Shown piece by piece: positions 28,995 to 37,009 of a DNA stretch of 64,000 nt. Below the pieces are notes generated by a model. That model did not search any database and was not told where the DNA came from. It saw nothing but the letters and a program-made list of their open reading frames with translations. Where the stretch lies: IMG/VR virus record IMGVR_UViG_3300020048_000002; one strand, written 5' to 3'. This DNA comes from a virus. Its lineage: Duplodnaviria > Caudoviricetes. Position 1 is the stretch's first letter; every line of letters starts with the position of its first letter. The translations under genes were made by a program, and so were the position numbers.

Positions 28995-29285
28995 TCAACC
29001 TACGGTACCAAGCTCCCCAAGGAGCCAACTTCGGAACGCCTCCACGTTCTCGGTTCGAGCACCGATTCGGTACTGCCCCCACCGAGCGTAGACGTTGAAA
29101 ACGTCTCCCGTGTCAGCACGGAACGTCCACTCTTCGCCATCGTACCCCTTCTCAGGGTCGACGCACCCTACGCGAGGAGTCTCTCCGAAACGCCGCAAAA
29201 GAGCCGCTCGGTTCACCTTGTCCGGAAGGTGGGCCGCCAAGAAGGTTCCGTTGACGTCGACATACGGGGTGTACCGAATCTCCAT
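28995..29285 (-). CDS. hypothetical protein
   Basis: RBS GGAGG before ATG 29285. Confidence 0.6.
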   Translation of the reverse strand: MEIRYTPYVDVNGTFLAAHLPDKVNRAALLRRFGETPRVGCVDPEKGYDGEEWTFRADTGDVFNVYARWGQYRIGARTENVEAFRSWLLGELGTVG

Positions 29286-29287
29286 GG

Positions 29288-29632
29288 TCACGCCTCCACC
29301 GTGATACGGACAACGAGGCTCCCACCAAGGTTGTCCACGACAACAGCTCGCGCCGAGTAGCGGGTGTCGGGCCAGGGGGAACGCCACGTCACCGTGTCGC
29401 CGTTCAACTTGGGTTGGTCCCCGGTACATCCGGGCCAACCGTACGTCCCTGCCTTCTGGTAGTCCGTGCTTCGCAGCCACGCGAGCACGTCATCGATCGT
29501 CTCAGCGTCGTCAAGCACGGCGAGGACGGACCCCACTCCGTCCTCGGCCTCTTCGTGATGCAAGAAGGAGAGGCCAGCACACAGCCCGCTGAAACGGGCG
29601 AACACATCTTCCAACGCTTCGTAGATTTCCAT
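29288..29632 (-). CDS. hypothetical protein
   Basis: ATG 4 nt after the early-class -10. Confidence 0.6.
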   Translation of the reverse strand: MEIYEALEDVFARFSGLCAGLSFLHHEEAEDGVGSVLAVLDDAETIDDVLAWLRSTDYQKAGTYGWPGCTGDQPKLNGDTVTWRSPWPDTRYSARAVVVDNLGGSLVVRITVEA

Positions 29633-29636
29633 GCCC

Positions 29637-29666
29637 CTAGTACGACGCTGGGGCACTCGCGATCAA
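29637..29666 (-). promoter_or_regulatory. early-class promoter TTGATC-N18-TACTAG
   Basis: Shares GCGTCGTACTAGGGGCATG with the 3691 site. Confidence 0.6.
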
Positions 29667-29692
29667 CCGCAAATTTGAAAATCGATCCGTGG

Positions 29693-30577
29693 CTACTTCC
29701 CAAGCAGGCGGCGAAGGTGTTCCGGCAGCTCGCGGATTTCGGACTCGGGCACCTTGCCGGTCGCCATGTAGTCCTCAAACCTCGTGAGCACGTCCTCTTT
29801 CCCCGGCACGGGGAGCCCGAAGTTCGTCATCGCAAACAACTCGGCAAAGGCTTCCCCTTCCTTCGTCGAGTACTTCGTCGTGTGCCACTCGCTCTTGTCG
29901 AAGTCGAGCCTGGGTCGGAGCTTGTGCTCGTAGCGGTGACCTAACTCGTGAACGATGATATAGTCAAAGGCCCCATACGTCCCACGAGTCCGCTTCAGGA
30001 CGTTCGGGGTTGCTCGAACAAGCATCCGGTCTTGGCTCGACTGGTACTTGCCTCCGGCGGTTCCGGCGAACGACTTGGGGCTCGCTAGGACGACCGTGAG
30101 GCCCCCTGAGAGGGCCTTGCGCCGCCAACCCTTCACCTCGGCAAACACCTGCTCCAGGCTCTTGGTGTACTCCGTGAGCTTGGCCTCATCGAAACCCACT
30201 TCGTTGACGTACGTGTTGCCGCCAACCCGTAGCTCCTTGGGTACCGAACGCCCACCCTCATCGGTAAAAAGGCGCACTACTTCGTCGAGTTGCCTACGAA
30301 GTTCGCCCCACTTGTCCTCGATGGATGAACGGTAGCTCTCTACGGGACGACCGTTGGCCAAGTACCAGTGGAGGGCTTCGAGAGCTTCCTTGTACGCCTT
30401 GCCGCCCTTGGGGGTACGAGAGACGTCGAAACGGTAGTTCTCTTTGAGCCACGCAGCCAGCGTCTTCGCCTTACGCTCGTCGAGGGGCCTGTCTCCAAGA
30501 AAGTCATCGAGGCGAGCTTGCAGATCGACCGCAAGCCCAGCCAGGAAACGTCGAGCGATGCGTTGAGACAGCGCCAC
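29693..30577 (-). CDS. zincin-like (HExxH) protein with N-terminal RIARRF tag
   Basis: IIVHELGHRYE...Y......EAFAE. Confidence 0.7.
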   Translation of the reverse strand: MALSQRIARRFLAGLAVDLQARLDDFLGDRPLDERKAKTLAAWLKENYRFDVSRTPKGGKAYKEALEALHWYLANGRPVESYRSSIEDKWGELRRQLDEVVRLFTDEGGRSVPKELRVGGNTYVNEVGFDEAKLTEYTKSLEQVFAEVKGWRRKALSGGLTVVLASPKSFAGTAGGKYQSSQDRMLVRATPNVLKRTRGTYGAFDYIIVHELGHRYEHKLRPRLDFDKSEWHTTKYSTKEGEAFAELFAMTNFGLPVPGKEDVLTRFEDYMATGKVPESEIRELPEHLRRLLGK

Positions 30578-30578
30578 T

Positions 30579-32291
30579 TTAACGAACCGTAGTAGGCTTG
30601 ACCAGCTCCGACTTCAGAGTCCCCCACATGCTGTTGGGGACCTCCCGGTCATGATCCACGAGCCGTCGCTGAATGACGGCCATCTGTTGCGGAGAGAGCT
30701 TGGGCCACCGGCTCCAATACTCCAAGAGGCTCTTGCAGAACTTCTCCTCGAACGGAACATCCCTAGAAAAGACCTTGAACGCCTTCTGGACGTTGAAGCC
30801 CCATCGCTCGGAGAGCATCTCCCAAAGAGCTTGACCCTTTAGGGCCTTCACGTCGTCGACCTCTTGTTCAACGATCTCAATGAACTTGGGGTTGCCCTTG
30901 TCCAAAGCAGTTTGGAAATCCTCCGCCACCTCTTTGACCCAGAAGTCAACGATCCCGTCATCGAGAGCACGGAGGCACGCTACCTTGACCCCCGCCTTGT
31001 CTTGTACGCCAGGCAGGTTGTACTTGGCCTGGATTCCCCTTGTGACTTGAGGGAACACTCCGTACTCCATCGACCGGACGAGTTGGTCGAGCGCCCGAGC
31101 TTGCTCCACCATCTGGTGGTCGAAACGAACCATGGGGTCCATCTCGGAGATGTTGAGTAGGGAGGTTACGGGGTTGTTCGGCCTCGTGATGAGGTCAATG
31201 AAGTTTTCCTGTAGGACAAGCGACTTCGCCGTGTCCGCTTCATTGTCCACGAGCTTGCGTGCCGTGTTCATGCCCACGCTCAGAGAGAAGTGCAGGAACT
31301 CGTAGGGCTGAATCCGATCCAAGCTGGCATCGTAGGACTTGAGCCGTTCCTTCTGGGCGTCGCAGATCTTGTTGATCCGCTCCACCACCAACTGCTTCTC
31401 TTCCTTGATCGCATCCCAACACCTTTGGACGAAGGCTGTTGGGTGGCCCGCCTGAACCATTTCCCCAGCGGCATTCTGAATCCGATCCAGGTAGCTCAGC
31501 TTCGTCTCGTCGTCATGGAGGCGCAGCACCGTGGAGATGAGAGCAATCAGCCCCTTCGTCTTCAGGAACTTGCTCCGTTTGGCTAGTTCCTTGTGCAGCT
31601 TGTCGAGGACTTCGAGCTTGGACAAAACTGTCTGAATATCGACCAGAATCAGCGCCCTCTGGTTGATTTCCGTGATTATGTGCTTCGTCCGAAGAACCTG
31701 TTCTCCGTACTGCCCCCAGTCGAAGTCGGAAGCACCTCCCGCCAAAAGCGTATAGCGGAATCGGAGCATGTCCGCCCTGTCTAAGACTTTGCGGTGGAGA
31801 GCCAGGTCAGCTTCCCCCATCAGCCCCTTCTGCTTCTTTCGGAGCTTGTTGATCTCGGCGTTGAGCATACGCCGGATCTCATCCGGCGTGCCGAACTCAG
31901 GGATCTGGAGGTAGTTGTAGATACACTCCGAGCCGACAACTAGCCGCTTACCGGTGACTCGGTTCTGGATCGGGAAACGGAATGCGATAGGGTTCTTGCC
32001 GCAGAGCTGGCAAACCCCACCCTCTTCCCGCCACGCCCAACCGTTCCGGCTCCACTCCTTGATTGCCCCATCGACGTCAGAAGAAGACGAACAGGAGAGG
32101 AGCTTGGCTCGGATTTTCGACCAGTAGGGGCCACTTCGAGGCCCGCCTTGTTTTGTTGCCGACTCAATCTCTTGGAGCCCCGCCTCGATTTCAGGCAGTT
32201 CGTCCAAGTTTGCATCGAACTTTACCCCGCCACTCGACGCAGATCGAAGCGTATGGTCATGCTGTGCGTTGATGGCGTAAAGGAGGAACAT
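30579..32291 (-). CDS. hypothetical protein with Zn-finger (CQLCGK...VGSECI)
   Basis: 570 aa; RBS AGGAG. Confidence 0.7.
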   Translation of the reverse strand: MFLLYAINAQHDHTLRSASSGGVKFDANLDELPEIEAGLQEIESATKQGGPRSGPYWSKIRAKLLSCSSSSDVDGAIKEWSRNGWAWREEGGVCQLCGKNPIAFRFPIQNRVTGKRLVVGSECIYNYLQIPEFGTPDEIRRMLNAEINKLRKKQKGLMGEADLALHRKVLDRADMLRFRYTLLAGGASDFDWGQYGEQVLRTKHIITEINQRALILVDIQTVLSKLEVLDKLHKELAKRSKFLKTKGLIALISTVLRLHDDETKLSYLDRIQNAAGEMVQAGHPTAFVQRCWDAIKEEKQLVVERINKICDAQKERLKSYDASLDRIQPYEFLHFSLSVGMNTARKLVDNEADTAKSLVLQENFIDLITRPNNPVTSLLNISEMDPMVRFDHQMVEQARALDQLVRSMEYGVFPQVTRGIQAKYNLPGVQDKAGVKVACLRALDDGIVDFWVKEVAEDFQTALDKGNPKFIEIVEQEVDDVKALKGQALWEMLSERWGFNVQKAFKVFSRDVPFEEKFCKSLLEYWSRWPKLSPQQMAVIQRRLVDHDREVPNSMWGTLKSELVKPTTVR

Positions 32292-32339
32292 GTCCGGGTG
32301 CTCCTAGCAGGTTCTACGTTGAGGCACCCGATAGGAGGA

Positions 32340-32591
32340 CTATGCGTCCTCCTCGAACAACGCCTCGAAGTCGTTCGCTGTGCGAAGGAGGCGAGAGTAG
32401 TCGTCGACCCCATCTTTCCACCCCTCGATGAACTGTAGAAGGGTGGCCGTCACTTGGTCCTGCTCCTGCCCCGTCCGAGCACGGCGGTACATCAGCTCAA
32501 ACTGAGCCACTTCCTCCGGCTTCATCTTTGCCGCAAGGGCACGGGCCTTTAGTACGGTGATTAGGAGTGTCTTGCGATCTCGAATGCCCAC
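32340..32591 (-). CDS. hypothetical protein
   Basis: GTG 9 nt after GGTGTA. Confidence 0.6.
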   Translation of the reverse strand: MGIRDRKTLLITVLKARALAAKMKPEEVAQFELMYRRARTGQEQDQVTATLLQFIEGWKDGVDDYSRLLRTANDFEALFEEDA

Positions 32592-32599
32592 ACAGAGAT

Positions 32600-32851
32600 C
32601 TACACCAGAGCGTAGGCAAAGTAGACGTCAAATTTGCGGCATTCGTCCTGAGTCAGCCGCCGTAACACCCCCTCGTCCACCAGACTCTCCAAGAGGTCCT
32701 CCATGGGCCGGAGGTTCGCCCACCACCCAAGCTCTACGGCGAGGTTGCCGATGAGAATCGGACACTTGACACGGCGGCAGTAGTCAACCGTCCTCTGGCG
32801 AATCCCCGCTGGGGTCGGCTTGGGCGGTGGTTGGGAGGGTCGGGATGACAT
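32600..32851 (-). CDS. hypothetical wHTH-like protein
   Basis: RBS AGGAGG; LESLVDEGVL. Confidence 0.6.
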   Translation of the reverse strand: MSSRPSQPPPKPTPAGIRQRTVDYCRRVKCPILIGNLAVELGWWANLRPMEDLLESLVDEGVLRRLTQDECRKFDVYFAYALV

Positions 32852-33047
32852 CGAATTCCTCCTGAACGTCGAGCGGGTGGACCCGCTTTACGGTGACGTC
32901 CATGTCTGCAAGTGTGCGAAGGAACTCATCTACATTCGGGACGATCAGGTTGAAGGCGTTCATTCCAGGATCGAGAACGAGCCGATGCTCTGGGAGCACC
33001 AACTCCCGTAGGGCATGGACGACGAAGGAGTAGAACCCTGATTGCAT
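32784..33047 (-). CDS. hypothetical protein
   Basis: ATG immediately after TTTGAT-N13-TAG. Confidence 0.5.
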   Translation of the reverse strand: MQSGFYSFVVHALRELVLPEHRLVLDPGMNAFNLIVPNVDEFLRTLADMDVTVKRVHPLDVQEEFDVIPTLPTTAQADPSGDSPEDG

Positions 33048-33072
33048 CTACTTTGCCCGATCTATCAAAGGG

Positions 33073-34182
33073 CTAAAAGACTACGTGGGTAGTCGCAGGC
33101 ACTTCGATGCGGAGGCCGCGAATCTTGTCCCAGTCAACGTGGAACGTGAAGTCCACGGCAGCGGCCACTTCCCAACGGTCGAACACCTCTCGACTCACAA
33201 CCCGGTAACTATCGGAGTGAATCTGAAGGACCCCCGCTTCGTGAGGCAGCCCAAGGGCTACCGGGAAGTCCCCGTAGTAACACTGTCTACGGTAGAAGGG
33301 TTTTTTGGCCGAGGCGTCCACCACCCAAAACCTGCCAAGGGTGTCCTCGTCGTGAATGTCCTCGACGTTCTTTGGTTCCGGGTTCGGGTGCGAAGCTCCA
33401 AGGAACCTCGCCATTTCCATGACCCACGTCGTTCCGATGACCCCCATCTGCATCGAAAACGGGTCAAACCGAACGTTGAAAGACTTCAGGTCTGCCAAGG
33501 GCGTGCGTGTACGAGCAAACGCAGTAGCACGAGGCAGGGTCTCTAGACCACTGTATGGGTTCTCCGCAGAATCGAGGACCTGAAACCGATCAAGGAAGTC
33601 ACAGGCACGTCCCCCCAGCCCCTTGAGGATGTTGGGGGCCGAGTCCTCGATGCGTTTGGTTAGCCCTTGCCGCCCAGCGTAGGTCATCTGCTGCGCCGCT
33701 GGAGTCGAGGCAACCCATGGAGCTAGGGTGGAGACGTGCTGCTCTTCTCGGGAGCGGTCGAACACCCACTGGACTAGGAAGCCTTCGAGGTCGGGACGTA
33801 GCCTCGGGAGGGGCTGAACAAGAGTCCCGTCCTCTCGGCGTACCGGCTTCGGTTGCCAAACGTCCTCTTCAGCCAATCTGGCCAGGGCAAGTCCTGTTGT
33901 TTGAGACACAACGAGGATCCCATCGCCGCCTTGGAGGTACTCGTCCGCCAAGTAGAGGGCCACCTCACGGAGATCTTCCGGGGTCCCGTCCAACTTCTCC
34001 TCTAGGACGGGTTGGATCTGCTCCACCAACCGGTCCGCCGCCCATCCCTCTGCCTTGGCTTTTACGAAAGCCACTTGCAGATCGGCGTTCCGTTGCACTT
34101 CCCCCCGAGCCGCCAACAGGGGCTTTGCGGAGGGGCGTGCGAGCGTGTGGACTTCGGGGGCTAGCTTGGTTAGATCACTCAT
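33073..34182 (-). CDS. hypothetical protein (possible diverged capsid-fold paralog)
   Basis: 369 aa; overlaps the AAA gene end. Confidence 0.6.
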   Translation of the reverse strand: MSDLTKLAPEVHTLARPSAKPLLAARGEVQRNADLQVAFVKAKAEGWAADRLVEQIQPVLEEKLDGTPEDLREVALYLADEYLQGGDGILVVSQTTGLALARLAEEDVWQPKPVRREDGTLVQPLPRLRPDLEGFLVQWVFDRSREEQHVSTLAPWVASTPAAQQMTYAGRQGLTKRIEDSAPNILKGLGGRACDFLDRFQVLDSAENPYSGLETLPRATAFARTRTPLADLKSFNVRFDPFSMQMGVIGTTWVMEMARFLGASHPNPEPKNVEDIHDEDTLGRFWVVDASAKKPFYRRQCYYGDFPVALGLPHEAGVLQIHSDSYRVVSREVFDRWEVAAAVDFTFHVDWDKIRGLRIEVPATTHVVF

Positions 34183-35755
34183 CGTTGCCGACCAGTTTCA
34201 GCGCCCCAGTCTTTCGATCGGGAGCGGAAGCGAACTTTGCCCTTACACCGTCGTTGGCTTCAGCATCGTAGCCAACCCAATCCAAAATCTCACGTACATC
34301 GTCCGTCATTGTACGGATAATGCGAGGCTTGTGGGCCAACTCGTTTGCGAGTAGCTTCTCATCGAGAGCCGCTTTGCCCTTGTCGAAGCTCTCGACCATC
34401 GCCGCCCCGATGGCTTGCTCCATCTCGCGCCCGACCATTCCGGCAGCCTTCTCGGAGAGCATGGCAAGGTCAAAGTCGTCGGGCGTCTGCCCAGCCTTCC
34501 GGAGATGGATCTTCAGGATGTCTACCCGATCTTCCTCGGTCGGCATGTCGAAGAAGAACCTCTCGTCCATACGGTTGACGAACTCGACAGGCAGCGTCTT
34601 GAGGCTGTTGGCCGTCATGGCGAGACACACCTTGGCGTCCGTCTCCTGGAGCCAGGTAGAGAGAATCCCGATGGTCCGGGACGTGGTTCCGGCATCCGAT
34701 TGCGCCGACGACGCCCCACCCGAGAGGCTCTTTTCAGCCTCGTCGATCCATACGACACATGGGGCCGCCGCCTCGATGAGTCTGGTTACCCGATAGACAT
34801 TGGCCTCGGATTCGCCGACGCCCGACGAGCGGAGCTTGCCCATCTCGACCTGCACAACGGGAAGGCCCCATGCGTGGCCGAGAGCCTTGACGGAGAGGCT
34901 CTTGCCGCACCCCCAGACCCCCACGAGCAAGACACCCTTCGGTGGCTTGAGGCCGAACTTCTGCCCCGCATCCGTCCACGTCGCACGGGTCTTTTTGGCC
35001 CACGCCTTGAACCGCCCAGCACCCCCAACGTCGTCGAAGTTGAACGTCGAAGTGTCGATGTACTGAACGAGGTCCGACTTCTTGAGCTGCTTCTGCCGGT
35101 ATTCGGCAATGAGAGCCGGTTCGATACGGCGTGGGTTCTTCGTATCTTTTTTCGTGGCGATGATACTCTGTGAAATCGCCATCTTGATCTCGTAGCTCGT
35201 GAGACCCTTGAATACCTTGGGTGTATCGGCAGGCACTTCGGTACGAAGGTTCTTGGCCGCATCCTCGACGAGAGCCAAGATTTCGTCCCCTGTGAGCCCC
35301 TTGTCCTGAACGACCTCGATGTACCTAGACAGTTTCTCGGGAATGACCTTCCGGGTCCCGACAAAGATGAGTGTCTTGACGATCGTGTTGTCCTGGTGGA
35401 GCTGATGGGCGATGTTCAGAACACGCCGCTGGACATGAGGGTCCGCTAACCAACGCTCCGGATCGGTGATGACGTAGAAGTTCTGTTCCCGCTTCGGGTC
35501 ATCCTTGTAGATTTGGACGAGTGCTTGATGGATGTTGATCGTGTCCGGGTTCTCGGTGTGTGTGCGTTGCTTCCAATCGACGAGTAGGCCGTCGATAGGC
35601 ACGAGACCCAAGGCAGCGTTGTAGACCCATGTCCGCTTGCTGTACTCCTTGAGCTTCTGCTGGAGCTTCACGAGAAAGCGGTCTTCTTCGTCCGTCACGA
35701 AGTAAATAAAGCGAGCCAGCGAACTGAGGTAGAAGTTCAACTCGGGGGTGGTCAT
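34175..35755 (-). CDS. Ycf46-like AAA+ ATPase
   Basis: N-terminal YFVTDEEDR; PKGVLLVGVWGCGKS, GVGESE, WIDEAEK, TAN...LPVEF..RMDERFF.D.P. Confidence 0.85.
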   Translation of the reverse strand: MTTPELNFYLSSLARFIYFVTDEEDRFLVKLQQKLKEYSKRTWVYNAALGLVPIDGLLVDWKQRTHTENPDTINIHQALVQIYKDDPKREQNFYVITDPERWLADPHVQRRVLNIAHQLHQDNTIVKTLIFVGTRKVIPEKLSRYIEVVQDKGLTGDEILALVEDAAKNLRTEVPADTPKVFKGLTSYEIKMAISQSIIATKKDTKNPRRIEPALIAEYRQKQLKKSDLVQYIDTSTFNFDDVGGAGRFKAWAKKTRATWTDAGQKFGLKPPKGVLLVGVWGCGKSLSVKALGHAWGLPVVQVEMGKLRSSGVGESEANVYRVTRLIEAAAPCVVWIDEAEKSLSGGASSAQSDAGTTSRTIGILSTWLQETDAKVCLAMTANSLKTLPVEFVNRMDERFFFDMPTEEDRVDILKIHLRKAGQTPDDFDLAMLSEKAAGMVGREMEQAIGAAMVESFDKGKAALDEKLLANELAHKPRIIRTMTDDVREILDWVGYDAEANDGVRAKFASAPDRKTGALKLVGNDE

Positions 35756-35775
35756 CTCAATCTCTACTTACACCG

Positions 35776-35815
35776 GAAAAAGCGAAACGGTCTGCCTTTT
35801 TGGGGCAGACCGTTT
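35776..35815 (-). terminator. hairpin terminator
   Basis: AAACGGTCTGCC/GGCAGACCGTTT followed by CGCTTTTT on the minus strand. Confidence 0.6.
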
Positions 35816-35835
35816 GGGTCGTAGGATCGGGGAAC

Positions 35836-36162
35836 TCAACCCACCGCGCAGATCATCTCGATTTCGCCGTTCCTGTTGATCGTGCGAGACTCGATCATGA
35901 TCCCTTGTCGAGCACACTCCAACTTGTACTTGGCTTCGCTGTAGTGGAGCTTGAGGAGCCCGAGCTTGTCCTGGGTGTGCCCGAAGTCGGTGTCCCCAGA
36001 GATCTGCCCCGTCCGAAGGTCGAGGACAGCGTGGTTGAGCGCCCCACTCGTGAACCGGAGGAAAGAGCCGTCCTCCGTGACCCCGATGCCCGCTGCCTTG
36101 GCCGCCTGCATGGCAAGGGCCTTGTCCTTGATTTCCGTGGAAGTCGTCACGCGATGAGACAT
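35836..36162 (-). CDS. DUF1257 (Ycf35)-like protein
   Basis: MSH....TEIKD...L..A, D.DF, L...Y......ARQG...E......G.I. Confidence 0.7.
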   Translation of the reverse strand: MSHRVTTSTEIKDKALAMQAAKAAGIGVTEDGSFLRFTSGALNHAVLDLRTGQISGDTDFGHTQDKLGLLKLHYSEAKYKLECARQGIMIESRTINRNGEIEMICAVG

Positions 36163-36192
36163 GGTTCTATCCTTTCGTGTCCGGGCCGATCC

Positions 36193-36375
36193 TTACGACC
36201 CCTGAATCTCGTGGACGGAGTCGCACTCAGGGCCGATCTCCTCGTCCGAAAGCTGCTTGCCGACGGCGTTCGTGACCTTGTAGATCTCGCTACAGAGGTG
36301 CGATCCGCGATCCAGCACCTCCGTCACGACGGTGCCGTCCTTCTTGATCACAACCTTGAACTTCATGGCTGACAT
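36193..36375 (-). CDS. DUF2997-like protein
   Basis: KVVIKKDGTV..EV...G..C......A.G; RBS AGGAG. Confidence 0.65.
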   Translation of the reverse strand: MSAMKFKVVIKKDGTVVTEVLDRGSHLCSEIYKVTNAVGKQLSDEEIGPECDSVHEIQGS

Positions 36376-36394
36376 GTTTGTTCTCCTGTCCCCT

Positions 36395-37009
36395 TCATAC
36401 ACCAGAACCACCTAGTTTGACCCGACCACCTACAGGGATCACATTCTCCGCAGGTTCGGGGGCTGCCCAGGGGTCTTTGACCGGCGCTGCTTGTTGGGGT
36501 TTTACACCGGAGAGCATCATGCCTCCCTGTGATTGTGCGTTCATCGATAAAACTTCGGGTCGGACCACAGCACCGACGAAGGGAGTCGAAGGTCGAACCG
36601 CCGTTGTTGAGTCCACCACAGGTTGAGGCTCAGGGGCGTTCACTTTAGGAAGTTCGGGAACAACCACCGGTTCTGGAGCAAGTGCTACGACCGGGGCTCT
36701 TGGGGCCGGTTCCGTTGCTGCTACAGGGTCTACCCACGACCTAACCTCCGGCGGGGCGCTCATGTCCACGGTCAAGAACCGCTTGCCGGAAATCTCCTTG
36801 AATCGAGGGTCCTTCGAGTCCATTCGAGGGGGATTCTTGAACAAGCGATCCTCCCAAGAGTTGACCCGAATGTCGAACCGGCTCTGCCCGTAAAGACTAC
36901 GGGTGCATTCGGGGTTGACGCAACGTTTGCACCACCCCTCGAAAAATACGGGGAGGGCTTCGTTCTCCGTATTGCACTCGGCCAGTAGATCTCGACGGGA
37001 GGCTTTCAC
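36395..37009 (-). CDS. hypothetical protein (Cys cluster + Pro-rich tail)
   Basis: EC...WC.RC.NPEC; overlaps the polymerase stop. Confidence 0.65.
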   Translation of the reverse strand: MKASRRDLLAECNTENEALPVFFEGWCKRCVNPECTRSLYGQSRFDIRVNSWEDRLFKNPPRMDSKDPRFKEISGKRFLTVDMSAPPEVRSWVDPVAATEPAPRAPVVALAPEPVVVPELPKVNAPEPQPVVDSTTAVRPSTPFVGAVVRPEVLSMNAQSQGGMMLSGVKPQQAAPVKDPWAAPEPAENVIPVGGRVKLGGSGV

